Shown here: piece after piece, positions 45,425 to 57,481 of the stretch | How the letters are laid out: every line of letters begins with the position of its first letter | Numbering within the stretch: the first letter of the stretch is position 1 | Source: Macrostomum lignano | Taxonomy: Eukaryota | Assembly: GCA_002269645.1 (NCBI GenBank) | Contig: NIVC01000647.1 | Coordinates: 310,001 to 374,000 of the forward strand | DNA length: 64,000 nucleotides | Direction of reading: 5' to 3' | Position numbers and translations under genes: made by a program | The notes under the pieces: generated by a model | Database searches by the model: none | The model's input: the letters and a program-made list of their open reading frames with translations, nothing else | What the model was told of the DNA's origin: nothing

Positions 45425-46315
45425 CACTGAGAATCCACTGCTACTGGATGGATAGTTATTTCTGGGGAAGTTGAGAGCACTGCTGATTCGGTTTCTGCAC
45501 GACCCTCATCCGGGATTACAAGCGTGGTAGAGGTGCGTGGTGGAGTCTTCCATATGTCAACGCATGAGACCTCAGAAAGCGGTGCTTAGCGAAATATCCA
45601 ATAGCAAAGGAACTATGGTACCGAATACATGCTTATGTTTGCCAATTGAAGTAAACAGCTTTCAAGTGATTTAAAACGCAAGCTAAACTTATTAGACCTA
45701 TTAGCTGATCGCAGAACGGACCTACTTGTGGTCAAGCCACCTCTGTCGCGCATGTGCGCCTACGACGGACATGTGATAAGACAGCTGGGGGTTCTGGGTT
45801 GCCTGGTGGAGAACGGCGGCAGCAAAAGCAAATTCAGGACTGCCGAGCTGCCCGTCATTGACTGTCAACAAGAGTTCGGGTTGCTCGGCCGGAATTTGCT
45901 GACTCCCGCACCAGTGCTCTATGCTAATTATGCAGAACCAGTGGCCAGTAACAGGCATGAGAGCTTGTTGTGAATTTCTGGTGCCACAGGAGAAATCCGC
46001 CATCGTGCTAGAGTGAGACCAATCTTCCAGCCTCTTCTAAAAGCTAGGGAACTGCTTTTAGCGCTGAAGCATTTTGTTAAGAAGGAGTTGGATCTGGTGG
46101 AAAATGCCGGAATCGAAGAGAAAGTGACGTCTTCTAAATGGGGCAGTCTAATTATCGTAGCGGTGAAGTCTGACGGAGCATCTGTAAGAATCTGTGGGGA
46201 CTATTAAGCAGTTAATCGATTCGTGCAGCACCAGACTTACCTTACCCCATCAATAGCCTTCTGTAAGATAGCCAACAAAAAGCTATTCTACCGGCTTGAT
46301 CTGTCGGATGCTAGG
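45425..46315 (+). mobile_element. Gypsy remnants: integrase zinc-binding piece followed by protease C-terminus and RT N-terminus
   Basis: FLHDPHPG..RCVVESSICQRMRPQKAVL (~45490-45600); PPLSRMCAYDGHVIRQLGVL..FGLLGRNLL (45728-45900); KARELLLALKHFVKKELDLVENAGIEEKVTSSKWGSLIIVAVKSDGASVRICGDY..RLDLSDA (46013-46315). Confidence 0.85.
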
Positions 46316-46953
46316 TACATGCGAGAAGATACACCTGAAGATAAACTCCCCAGAAAACTGCTGCGGTAAAATCTCAACAAATGTGCTCAACTGAATGCAT
46401 ACCCGCCGGATGAGGACCTTTGAGCTGAGTAACTGCCACAACTGCTGCATTTTACACCCTACATGGCCTAGGTGGCATAAACCAATATCAATATAATTAA
46501 CACATGAAGACAAACATTGAACAAAAAGTTAAGCTCGCATACCATCGGTGTAATTTATGAATACAAGAAACTGTTTCAGATTACGAGCGTAAATTTTAGC
46601 CACACATTTACCAGCTGGCAGCGGCAGTTCAGATTAGGGAAACATAAACAGAGACTGAGAGACACCAAATTTTATTATGCAGACAATAAAAACGCTTAGA
46701 TTTAAAAAAGTTTAAAGAAGTATACCATGAATGCTGACTACATTTTCAATGCGTGATAAAATGAGTGAAAAAAACAAAAACTTTTAATACAAAGCAACAA
46801 GAGCTGTTAAACGATGGTAAGCAACTTAAAAATGCTTGATGCACAGTAGAGACCAAGACGACGGTCAAGTTGAATATTTGCTACAAATTGCGCTGCTCGG
46901 AGTGCTTTGTCAGACCGCTGCCTTCATTGAACTTCTTGCTGCACTCCTTGGAC

Positions 46954-47865
46954 TCAAATGGCTTTTCTTCTGTGCAGTTTTGAGTGTGTAGTGCGGTTGC
47001 TGCTGTCACTGAATCTCTTGCCACACACCTTGCACTCAAACGGCTTTTCTCCTGTGTGCACTCTAGAATGTTTAATGAGGCTGTTGCTGTAACTGAATCT
47101 CTTGCCGCACACCTTGCACTCAAACGGCTTTTCACCTGTGTGCAACCTGGAGTGCCTTGTGAAGCTGCTGACGTCACTAAATCTCTTGCCGCAAACCTTG
47201 CACTCAAATGGCTTTTCTCCGGTATGCAACCTGGAGTGTCTTGTGAAGCTGCTGACGTCACTGAATCTCTTGCCGCACACCTTGCACTCAAATGGCTTTT
47301 CTCTTGTGTGCACCTTGGAGTGTGTAGTAAGGTGGCTGCTGACGCTGAATCTCTTGCCGCACACCTCGCACTCAAACGGCCTTTCACCAGTGTGAGACCG
47401 CATATGTACGTGAAGATGAGATGAGAAGGACTTCCGACACCGCTTGCACTTGTGCGGTTTCGCCTTTCTGTGCACTGCACTCATGTGAGCTTTGAGGTTG
47501 CTTTTTCTCGAGAACTTCTTCTGGCAAGTGTCGCACTGGAACGGCCTCTGGACACCCTCAGCTCGACAGTGCCGTGTTGCAGCACTCTTTGTAGCTCGGG
47601 TATTCCCGACTGACTCGCACTCGTAACGCTTCGTCACTGCACGACTGCCGTCTGCACACGGCTGCATCACTGACTCATTGCGAGACGCGACCTGCTCGAC
47701 CGCCGCCGCTCTGACAGCTTCTGAGTTGGTCGCAGCCGCCTCCTCTGGCTCCGAGTCGCAGCCCATTTCGTGTGACCGCACATGACGCAAGTACTGCGCC
47801 ACTGCCGCTCGGGTGCGGCAGAACCGCCTGGGACAAAAGGGGCAGGCGACAGAGCCCCGGCGCAT
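46954..47865 (-). CDS. C2H2 zinc-finger protein ZF3: atypical N-terminal finger plus 7 fingers; frameshifted last degenerate finger
   Basis: ATG at 47865 (MRRGSVACPFC). A 2-bp CA deletion near 46972 relative to ZF6 ends the frame at 46954; the family C-terminus (HSEQRNL*) lies in another frame ending at 46881. Confidence 0.85.
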   Translation of the reverse strand: MRRGSVACPFCPRRFCRTRAAVAQYLRHVRSHEMGCDSEPEEAAATNSEAVRAAAVEQVASRNESVMQPCADGSRAVTKRYECESVGNTRATKSAATRHCRAEGVQRPFQCDTCQKKFSRKSNLKAHMSAVHRKAKPHKCKRCRKSFSSHLHVHMRSHTGERPFECEVCGKRFSVSSHLTTHSKVHTREKPFECKVCGKRFSDVSSFTRHSRLHTGEKPFECKVCGKRFSDVSSFTRHSRLHTGEKPFECKVCGKRFSYSNSLIKHSRVHTGEKPFECKVCGKRFSDSSNRTTHSKLHRRKAI

Positions 47866-48922
47866 CTCTGAGAAACTGTGGGGCTGCGATCCGTGCTGAG
47901 ATGCCGATGCTCGAAGCCCGTCTGTTCCTGAACTGCAATGGAGAGCGGTAGAGAATTCGTCACTTTGTAGTCGGGGTTGGAATGACACTCAAGTATGGTC
48001 ATGGATAAACTTAATGAGCCTAGCTTTAGTATCAAACGTTGGGGCTGCCAAGGTAATATTATTTTCTTTGAGGATGAGTATACTTTGGGTGTTCAGTATA
48101 GATACAAAAGTGAAAGCAAAAATGTGTTCCATAGAGGTATTTGAGATGAATTTGAATGCACAGAGCTATTTTAGAATATAAAATAAAATTGAACAACTTT
48201 GTACAGGACTTATAGGGTAGAGGTACACTTTCTTGGACAGACAATTAGAATTTACAATTTTCCAAATACATCTCAGTGCTTTTGGATGGACAAAAAGTGC
48301 CTAAAAATTAATCAAGAAAAATCTACATGTGTATGACAAAGTGCTTTGAGTACCCTCAGGGCTGCAGCAGCTGAACATACCAACTTTGTGTCTAAAACAC
48401 AGGTATGACACAGGATGACACAAAAACAGGATGGTGCAATGTGGTACTATAATGCTTTAAGTTTAGTTAATTAATTCAGATTTTTGTTATAGTAGATTAA
48501 GCAGACTTTTTTGCACTGGAGTTCTTTTATGGCTGGATTTACCAGATGGATCTCAAAGTCCATCAGATAATAATGTAAGTGCAAAAAAGCTTAGCCCTGC
48601 TAAAAATATGAGAAATTTAAATCAGTCACTCAGTTACTAATTAGAGAACTCAGTCACCCAGAGAAGCCTGGGTCAAAAATAATGTCATTCTAATTTTTTG
48701 CATTGTTTTTTGTAGAATCGGTGCTACTACGAGTACAATGGCTGATATATAATCTTTTGCTACGACTTTGCCTCTTGTCAGCTTGCATGGGAATGTACTA
48801 TATTCCATATTCTACTTATCTATTTCAGCTATTGTGCAAAATTTGTCATTGTCTAGCAATTTAAAGTTTATTATTTACATTTTTAAGCAGAATGCATTAC
48901 TACTAACAATGCATCGTTTGTA

Positions 48923-49868
48923 CGAGCGCTGTCCGGAAAGTTCTTACAATTCTAATCCCAGAGCAAAAACAGTAGCAGCTGCAAGCGCAACTTTGGTGTC
49001 ATTTTAAAGCGGCATATCTCTTCTTTCCTATGAGTTTAGTTGCGTATATTTTAGTCAGTTTTCATTCAAAAGCTGGGTGAAAAACCATTGCAATGCCATC
49101 GATAGTCTTACAGTAAATTAAAAAATATAAAAAGCTATGCTTTCTCCTCAACGAAACGAATTGTAGTCGTTCATCATCATCCTTGGAATCTGCAGCCTGT
49201 CAGCCATCTCTCGAACTGTGAAATGATTGTCATCCTCTAAAATATCGCGTGTTCGGTCAGCCAAGTCTTCGCACCCAGGATGGCATGGACGACCTGCTCT
49301 TTGTGGATCAGCGACATCGGTACGTCCTGACTCGAACTCCTCTACCCAGCGGTAGACGGTACGCCGGCTCACTGCATGTGACCCACGAATTGATGTCGAA
49401 TGAGAATGGATCTCTGCACGTCTTTCCGATGCTCCAAAGCGTGAATATTCCGCGCCTTTGGCCTTCTTTCGATTGCACACTCGTGATGGTGTCAATGATC
49501 ACAAAAATCAAAACACTTCACTAAGCACAATTTCGCAAGGTGCAAAACAGTGAGATTTGCTTACAAGTGACGGAGTGTCTAAGATAGCTCGTACTCAACA
49601 CAAGGCGTGAACGGTAAGAGAAGAATGCATTGTACATTAGAGCCGTTGTGTGTACGCTCGTAGACACTGTGCTGCAAAGAAGATCCATAAAAAACTAAGT
49701 TATGTACTTCACCTTTTACTGTAAGACTATCAGTGGCATTGCAATGGTTTTTTCACACCTAACTTTTGAATGCAATGACCAATCTAGCTCGTACAAGCAC
49801 TGAATTCATTGGAAAGAAGAATCTGTCGCTTTAAAATTTCAAAACTTAAACTTTCCGGACATCCCTCG
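48923..49868 (-). mobile_element. mariner-family deletion derivative, 946 bp, encoding only the N-terminal HTH region
   Basis: Termini TA|CGAGCGCTGTCCGGAAAGT and ACTTTCCGGACATCCCTCG|TA. Subterminal inverted match 49061-49117 vs 49714-49774. Minus-strand AEIH..GSHAVSRRTVYRWVEEFESGRTDVADPQRAGRP..DNHFTVREMADRL is a Mos1-like HTH. Confidence 0.9.
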
Positions 49869-49895
49869 TATATTTCTATCTATCTATCTATCTTA

Positions 49896-50299
49896 GCTTA
49901 CCGCGCCCATTGGCTTTCCAGCTGCCTTAATCGTTTCCGGTGATCTTGTGTGCGTGCATTCAGCTTGATTGGCTGCGGCAAGTAAGCTCGAAAGAGCTCG
50001 CTTCGCTCGCTCTTTCTCGCTATCTACTATCTATTGCCAGGACCTGCACCGGAGCGGTTACGAAAATTAGATTTCTCGGTAGTTGCGCGCACTCTTTTGC
50101 ACTACTTGAGTAGTCTGATTTTCGAACGGCATGGCTGGTTCCAGCAGGTAGTTCCTCTGGATAAAAGCGCTTACCGCGCCCATTGGCTTTCCAGCTGCCT
50201 TAATCGTTTCCGGTGATCTTGTGTGCGTGCATTCAGCTTGATTGGCTGCGGCAAGTAAGCTCGAAAGAGCTCGCTTCGCTCGCTCTTTCTCGCTATCTA
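49896..50299. repeat. Two apparently identical 131-bp direct repeats around a 142-bp core, embedded in (TCTA)n; TRIM-like or microsatellite-associated element
   Basis: R1 49896-50026, R2 50169-50299; no mismatch found by eye. Confidence 0.75.
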
Positions 50300-50344
50300 T
50301 CTATCTATGCATCTATCAATCCATGTAAAATTGATCTACTACAG

Positions 50345-50660
50345 TTATATCATAATGCGGTGTGTGGTGGCCATAAACTTAAAATTATTAAGACAAACTG
50401 TTAATTGGAAAAAGAACAGCGAAGCAAGGCTGACAAAGTCAATTGTATTGTGTATTTGACTGCCAAGGGTCATTTTTACTTATTACTCGTAAATGCATTC
50501 TAAAAGCTTAAATAATTCAGCATTTAAATAACACTTTTACGCGAAACATTATACAGGATTTATAACACAAAACAAAGATTTATAAGTTCACCCATGAGTT
50601 ATGAGTATGTTTTCAGTACTGAGCATTGTAAGAGTCAATATTTGCTGAGTTTGCCACAAA
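50345..50660. repeat. ~310-bp diverged duplicate of 44885-45190 (URB1-upstream sequence)
   Basis: Shared blocks GGTGGCCATAAACTTA, AACTGTTAATTGGAAAAAGAA, GCAAGGCTGACAAAGTCAA, CACAAAACAAAGATTTATAAGTTCACC. Confidence 0.85.
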
Positions 50661-50906
50661 AACTATAAACATTTTGAAACAGCAGAAACTAAAACTAGTA
50701 AAGAAGCAAAGTTAATTGCAGAGCTGCAATTGATTAAGAAAAATGCGTGCTGCCACTAACTGGTCATTTGATTAGCTTCCGCAGCCATTACTTCAGAAAT
50801 AATCAACAAAAATCTTTAACACGAAACGACAAAACGCTTAGCACATAGTGGAGATCAAGACCGGTGGTCCACTTCTGCAATCATGGAGCGTCAGGCTGAA
50901 TTTTCG

Positions 50907-51357
50907 CTACACAATGTAATGCTCGGAGTGCCATTTCAGATGCCTGCCTCGACTGCTGCTCTTCCCGTACACCTTGATCAAATCAATTTTTTTATTTATG
51001 CACCCTGGAGTGTCTAGTGAGGTTGCTACGGCGACTGAATCTCTTAAAGCACACCTTACACTCAAACGAATTTTCTCCAGTGTGCACTCTAAAGTGCGTA
51101 TTGAGATGTCCGCATTGACTGAATCTCTTGCCGCACACCTTGCACTCAAATGGCTTTTCTCCTGAGTGCACCCTGGAGTGCCTAGTGAGGCTGCTCCTGT
51201 CACTAAATCTCTTCGCGCAACCGTTGCACTGAAACGGCTTTTCTCCTGTGTGCACTACAGAGTGCGTAGTGAGATGGCTGCCTTGAATGAATCTCTTGCC
51301 GCACACCTTGCACTCAAACGGCTTTTCTCCGGTGTGCACGGTGGAGTGCTTAGTGAA
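50907..51357 (-). pseudogene. ZF4, 5'-truncated zinc-finger paralogue closest to ZF5
   Basis: Four fingers ([22 protein letters not shown] shared with ZF5). The N-terminal domain is replaced by unrelated sequence at a T-run (~51356). Frameshift before the terminal HSEHYIV* at 50907. Confidence 0.8.
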
Positions 51358-51499
51358 AAAAAACACTGAAATACGCAAAGACGGAGATATGAGAGAATAA
51401 ATTTTGTACGATAGCTTTAAGACATTTTGATGAAGAAACATTTGTCAAAATAACTCTGAGTTTTTATATGAGAGCTAGCATTTTCTACGTTTCTGAAAT

Positions 51500-52800
51500 T
51501 TCTACGTGCTCACAGTTTGCACATATCGTTGCCAAGCTTCAGAAGCTTTCAAACGAATCCAAATGGAGTTGAAAGTAATAGTGAACACGAGACCAGTAGT
51601 GTCGAGTGTCCGACCACTACTGTTTTCGCTTGATCCACCTGAAATTACCTGTGTTTGATAAAACTATTGTGGTAGCTTCGGAGCTCTTCGATGATGCTGT
51701 GAAGCGTTTTCGGAGTGGTGACTTTTATCCCTAAGTTGCAATAAGTAAGGACTGCTATTCCGTATGATTTCTGACAGACGTTGTCTGAGCTTGGACGCCA
51801 GAACACCAGAGTGCAGTGTAGCAACTGAAGCAGGACATCATATCGAGACACTTACTGACTCCGTATGATCCAACTGAAGACTGAAAACAAATAAAAACAA
51901 TGCAAACTGGAGATCAAATGGACTAAGTTTTACACGGAGACGAGCAGATCAAATGACGTTTTCAGTCGATTGCGATTACGTGAAGATGTACTGGAGTCGT
52001 ATCGACGATTGCAGAGTAGACTGCGCTGCACTGAGAATCTACTGGTACTGGATCATCGGATAGTCATCATTGGGGAAGCTGCGAGCACTGGTGATGCGGA
52101 AATGGCTCGACCCTCATCTAGTAATACAGAAGTATTACTTCTGTATACAGAATACAGATAGAGAAGTGCGTAGCGGAGAGTTCCACATGTCAACGCATAG
52201 GACCTTCTCAGAAAGCATGCTTAGAGCAATGGCCAATAGCAAAGGAACCATGGTGCCATAAGACATATTTGTGATGATTCTGTGACATTGACACACTGGC
52301 TGCCGTCAGAGTACAGTAAACGTTCTGAAATCTGGGCATGCCGGAAGTAATTATCATTGACAATGGACCTCATTCTTTGCTAAAGAGACAGCATGTTGGC
52401 TGAAGTACTACCTCTGAAATCACAGCCATACCGCACTGCTTCTTAAGCAACAGTCCGATCCCTCTAGTAGAGAGAGGAAGCCTTACAAGAAGCTGTGACT
52501 GAACAGCTACGGCAAGTATAAGATCACCAAGTTCGAGATTTGATGATGCATCGTGACCAAATCAGAGACAGCTCAGCAAGCGCAAGACAACAATTTCAGA
52601 GACAACAATGCAAATAAGCCATTAAAAACGAAAGTTCGGAGCGCAAATACACAGTGCGGACAAGGTACCACCGGACAGGTATTGATTGTTTCGAACGGCT
52701 TTCAACACCGCCATGAACAGGTAGTGACTGAGCAGACAGTAAAACTACAGAACATACACCTGAAGATGAACTTCCCAGAAAACTTCTGCAGCTGAAAAAC
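51500..52800 (+). mobile_element. Gypsy remnant (RT, RNase H and integrase fragments) preceding ZF5
   Basis: WTPEHQSAV*QLKQDIISRHLLTPYDPTE (~51790-51880); YRRLQSRLRCTENLLVLDHRIV (~52000-52070); WPIAKEPW (~52230); integrase C-terminal RSERKY-like segment (~52635). Confidence 0.85.
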
Positions 52801-53260
52801 TCAACCAACTTTGCTCAACTGACTGAATACTCGCAAAATAAGGACTTTTGAGCTAAGGAACTGCCGCAACTGCTGCATTTTACACCTTACATGACCTAGG
52901 TAACAGAAATAAATATCAAAACAATCAATACTCCAAGACAAACACAAAAACAAACAATAAAGCTCATATGCAATCAGTGTAATTAATTAATACAACGAAA
53001 AAGTTTCAGAATAAATTTTAGCCACGAACTTACCAACTTACCCGCTTTCAGCTGCATTTCAGACAGGGTTTCACAAAAGTAAAGACATCGAACAATAAGT
53101 AAGCATACTATGAGTGCAGACTACTTTTACAAAACGTAGTTAGAAAAGTGGAAAATAACAACTAAAAAAGAACGGCTGCAAATCGAGGTTGAAAAAAACA
53201 AAATCAATAAACTTAGTGCCTTGTCAGTCTGCTGCCTCGATTGAATCTCCTGCCGCACAC

Positions 53261-54016
53261 TTAGCACTCAAATGGCTTTTCTCCTGTATGCACTGTGAAG
53301 TGCCTAGTGAAGTTGCTGCGGTAACTGAATCTCTTGCTACACACCTTGCACTCAAATGGCTTTTCTCCTGTATGCACCCTGGAGTGCCTAGTGAGGCTGC
53401 TGCTGTCACTAAATCTCTTCGCGCAACCGTTGCACTGAAACGGCTTTTCTCCTGTGTGCACTATAAAGTGCGTAGTGAGATGGCTGCCTTGAATGAATCT
53501 CTTGCAGCACACCTTGCACTCAAATGGCTTTTCTCCTGTGTGCAGCCTTGAGTGCGTAGTAAGATGGCTGCCTTGACTGAATCTCTTGCCGCACACCTTG
53601 CACTCAAACGGCCTTTCACCAGTGTGAGACCGCATATGCACGTGAAGATGAGATGACGTTGAGAAAAACTGCCCACACCGCTTGCACTTGTGCGGTTTCG
53701 CCTTTCTGTGCACTGCACTAATGTGAGCGTTGAGTTCGCTCTCTCTGGAGAACTTCTTCTGGCAAGTGTCGCACTGGAACGGCCTGTGGACACCCTGAGC
53801 TCGATGGTGCCGTGCCATCATCGTTGACTTATTGCGAGATGCGACCTGCTCGACCGTCGCCGCTCTGACAGCTGAGTTGGTCGCAGCCGCCTCCTCTGGC
53901 TCCGAGTCACAGCCCATTCCGTGTGACCGCACATGACGCAAGTACCGCGCCACAGCCACTCGAGTGCGGCAGAACCGCCTGGGACAAAAGGGGCAGGCGA
54001 CAGAGCCCCGGCGCAT
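53261..54016 (-). CDS. C2H2 zinc-finger protein ZF5, 251 aa (atypical finger plus 6 fingers; premature stop in the next finger)
   Basis: ORF-track translation. TAA replaces the Lys codon in C-K-V-C at 53261. Internal deletion in the N-terminal spacer relative to ZF3/6/7. Confidence 0.85.
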   Translation of the reverse strand: MRRGSVACPFCPRRFCRTRVAVARYLRHVRSHGMGCDSEPEEAAATNSAVRAATVEQVASRNKSTMMARHHRAQGVHRPFQCDTCQKKFSRESELNAHISAVHRKAKPHKCKRCGQFFSTSSHLHVHMRSHTGERPFECKVCGKRFSQGSHLTTHSRLHTGEKPFECKVCCKRFIQGSHLTTHFIVHTGEKPFQCNGCAKRFSDSSSLTRHSRVHTGEKPFECKVCSKRFSYRSNFTRHFTVHTGEKPFEC

Positions 54017-54509
54017 CTTTGAGAAACTGTGGGGCTGCGATCCGTGTTGAGATGCCGATGCTCGAACCCCGTCTCTGCCTGAGCAGCAATGCGGAGGGGC
54101 AGAGATTTCGTCACTTGTAATACGGGTTTGAAAGACATGTAAATGAACTGCACAATACTATCTGATATCTAAAACATAAATACGATAGCTAGGTCATATT
54201 GACAAATAAGTGAACAACTTTATTCATTTTATGAAATTTATGCAAATAACATGCATTCTTTCCTTGAAATTCGAACGGCCAATTTTTTTTGAGGCGTAAC
54301 CGAGTGGGTGTATTGTGCCTAAACGTCTTTGGTGCACCGACGATAATCCATGGAACTCAGCACCGTAGACCCGGCATTGCACTCTTACCCAGACCTGCTG
54401 TGTCTACATAAAAACCCACCCAGTTGTACCCCTTCTCACTTTTTCTGCCTCGTTCTTCTACAATACATTCCAAAACTAAGTACAAAAAAGCGCTGCTGCT
54501 TAAAAAAAT

Positions 54510-56480
54510 AACTTAAGGCTGGCCTGGACTGAAGGAAAGTTCGAAGCATGGATCCAGCGTTTTGAAGCTGTTTACAGAAGATTTTGTGTGAAGGACGAGA
54601 AATTCGACTGAAGCAGTGCTCAAGACTGAATATCCGCATGACAGCTTAAAACACGAAGCGTTTTAAGGAAGGAAAGGAAATTCGCTTCAAATATAGCCAA
54701 GAAATCACTGGGTTGACCTTAAACTGAACGGCAAAGACGTTGCAACGATGGTGGATTCTGGAGCATCCGAGACCTGCATTCTCCAGAGTCGGGCTCAACA
54801 GCTGTAACTACTCAGGGGTGATAAAAATTGTCGATTAAATCTTATCAGGAAAAAGATCTACCAGTATGTCGCACTGCGATTGATCGATGGCAGACCGAGG
54901 ATGAAAGCTGAGTGCTCACATTTAGTAAATGTCGTTGCCAAGCTTCAATGGCCTTCAAGTGAATCCAATTGAAGTTGGAAGTAATAGAGAACACGAGATC
55001 AGTAGTGTCGAGGGACTGACCATTACCGTTTTCGCTTAATTATAGACGTTAAGGAGAGATTAAAAGAATTCGAAAGGCGAGAGAGTATTGAAAGAGAACT
55101 ATGCAACGACCTGTGTTTGCTAGCACTATTGTGGTAGTTCCGAGAAGTTTCTGGAGTTCTTTGATGATGCTTCGGGGTGTACTCAGAGTGGTAGTGTTCA
55201 TCCCTCAACTGGCCATAAGACTGCTATCCAGTATCATTTGCCGAAGGACGTTGTCTGGGCTTGGACAATAGAAGACCAGAGTGCAGAAGCTACTGAGCGG
55301 GGCGTCATATCGAGATACTGACTCCGTATGATCAAACTGAAGAGCTGATCCTGACAACTGATGCAAAGAATGTGGGTCTCAAAGAAACCCACACCTGCGG
55401 AGTTGCGGTATAGCCAACTTGAGCGAGAGGCTCATGGATTGCTGTAGTAGTTACGATAAAAATTAAAGATTTGAATCAATTTACGCTTGTAAATTAGATT
55501 TAAATCGATTTCCGATCTACTGAAGTTTCACAATCATAACAGTTTACAAGCAGTTTCGATTCAAGACTGGAGCTCGAAGATCAGCTAAAGCGTCACACGG
55601 AGACGAGAAGATTAAAAAGTCGTTTTCGGTCGATTGCGATCATGTGAAGAGGTATTACAGTCGTATCGATATCGAGTAGACTGCGCTGCACTGAGAATCT
55701 ACTGCTACTGGATCATCGGATAGTCATTGCTGGGGAAGCCGTGAGCACTGGCAATGTGGTTATCTGCACGACCCTCATTCGGGATTACAAGCAATCAATG
55801 CAAATGGCGCGTCATTATAATTTCCTTGCCAAATATCGAAGCCGAGATAGAGAAGTGCGTAGCGGAGAGTTCCGAATTTCAACGCACGAGACCTCAGAAA
55901 GCGATGCTTAAAGTCATGGCCAATAGCAAAGAAACCATAGTGCCGAATGCATGCTGACTTATTTGTGATGAATAAATCTGACACTAACGCACTGGCTGCC
56001 GACAGAAAATCGCAAAGAACGTTTTGAAATTTGTGCATCCTGGAAGTACTTGTTAGTGACAATGAACCTCATTCGTTACTAAAGAGACAGCAAGTACTAC
56101 CTCTTAAATCTGAGATACCACATTGCTTCTTAGGTTACAGTCCGATCCCTCCAAAAAAGAGTGGAGAGAAGGAGCCCTACAAGAAGCTGTGACTGAACTA
56201 CGGCGAGTACAAGATCTCCAAGGTCGAGATCTGATGATGCATTGTGACCATATCAGAGACAGCTCAGCGAGCGCAAGAAAACTATTTCGGAGACAACAAT
56301 GAAAACATGCCATTAAGAGCAAATGTGTTCTGAGCGCAAATACCCAGTACGGACAAGGGGACCACCAGACAGGTATTGACTGTTTTGTCCGGCTTCGTAT
56401 ACCGCCATGAGCAGGTAGCGACTGAGCAGCCAGTAAGAGTGCAGACAGTAGACATGAAGATGAACTTCCCAGAAAACTAC
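54510..56480 (+). mobile_element. Best-preserved Gypsy remnant, order gag-PR-RT-RH-INT
   Basis: gag WTEGKFEAWIQRFEAVYRRF (~54525); protease NHWVDLKLNGKDVATMVDSGAS (DSG at 54754); RNase H LTPYDQTEELILTTDA and AELRYSQLEREA (~55320-55430); integrase LHDPHSGI..PNIEAEIEKCVAESS..RPQKAML.SWPIAK..MHAD (~55765-55960). Heavily deleted. Confidence 0.88.
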
Positions 56481-56837
56481 GGCAGCTGAAAAACTCTGAA
56501 AAACAAATTGCTCAGTTGACAGAATGCTGAGCATCTGCCACAACAACTCCTGCGTTTTACACCTTGCATGGCCTAAATCAGTATCAAAAAATCAACACAC
56601 TAATACACATTAAAAAGAAATAATAAATGATCAGCTCACAATGCAATCAGTGTAATTTATAAATACAAGGGAAAAAAGTTGCACTTACAAGTTTGCAGCT
56701 GCATTCCAGATTAGGGAAATATAAACACAGAATCTGAAAGTCGTAAAGCTACCAAAATCCTTAATGCACGCACAAATAACGATTCATATCGTTACACGAA
56801 ACACAGGAGTTTGCAAAAGACATGAAACAATAAGTAA

Positions 56838-57481
56838 TCTAAGCGTGCAGTTTGGTACGGCTGGGGCCCGCTGACATTGGGCCTCATGGTCTCCGGCGCC
56901 ACCCGGCAGATCCAAATCCTCAGTGGACGGGGTGGACTGGCGGCGCATGTTGGATCCGCGCAGCCGGCCTCTGCGATTCCGTTCACGACGCCTCTCAATC
57001 CGACGCCGAACGCTCCGCTTGCCCCGTCTCACTTTGGTGCTGACTTTTGCAGCCGCAGCCGGGGGGCGCGGCTCACCGAGCCGACCGAGGAGAGCGCAGT
57101 CTGATGCAGGTGCTGCTGCTGCGTCACCAGGAGGCGTCAGCATTATACTTGCACATCAGTGTAAATATAAGCTGAGCCCTCCCAGCGTGACCCTGCGACA
57201 GCGCCGCCTGAAGCTGGCGGGCCACGTCATTCGCGCCGAGTCCTACTGCCCGGAGCCGCTGCAGGAGGTCTTGCTGTACACGCAGCAGGGCCCGTTCCGG
57301 CGGGGGCAGGCGCGGACCCGGAGGTTCGTCGACTGTCTGACAGAAGACGCCAGGGCGCCTGATCAGATCAATGGCGCTACCTTCATCAGAGACTGCGCAG
57401 CTAAGCGTGCTTTTTGACAATGTCCCCCCCTTTCCTGACCACTTGTGGCCGGTGGCCATTGTATTTATTGTATTGTATTGT
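56838..57481 (+). mobile_element. 5'-truncated RTE-clade non-LTR retrotransposon insertion with an inverted 5' segment and a 9-bp TSD
   Basis: 3' part (+) LRQRRLKLAGHVIRAE..GPFRRGQARTRRFVDCLTED..* with an (ATTGT)n tail. TSD AATAAGTAA at 56829-56837 and 57482-57490. The paralogous empty site has one copy at ~53094-53102. Confidence 0.85.

Noticed and set aside
54230-54480. Segment shared with 45230-45420 as a candidate LTR
   Set aside because: No TG..CA ends, primer-binding site, polypurine tract or second copy closing a unit could be identified.
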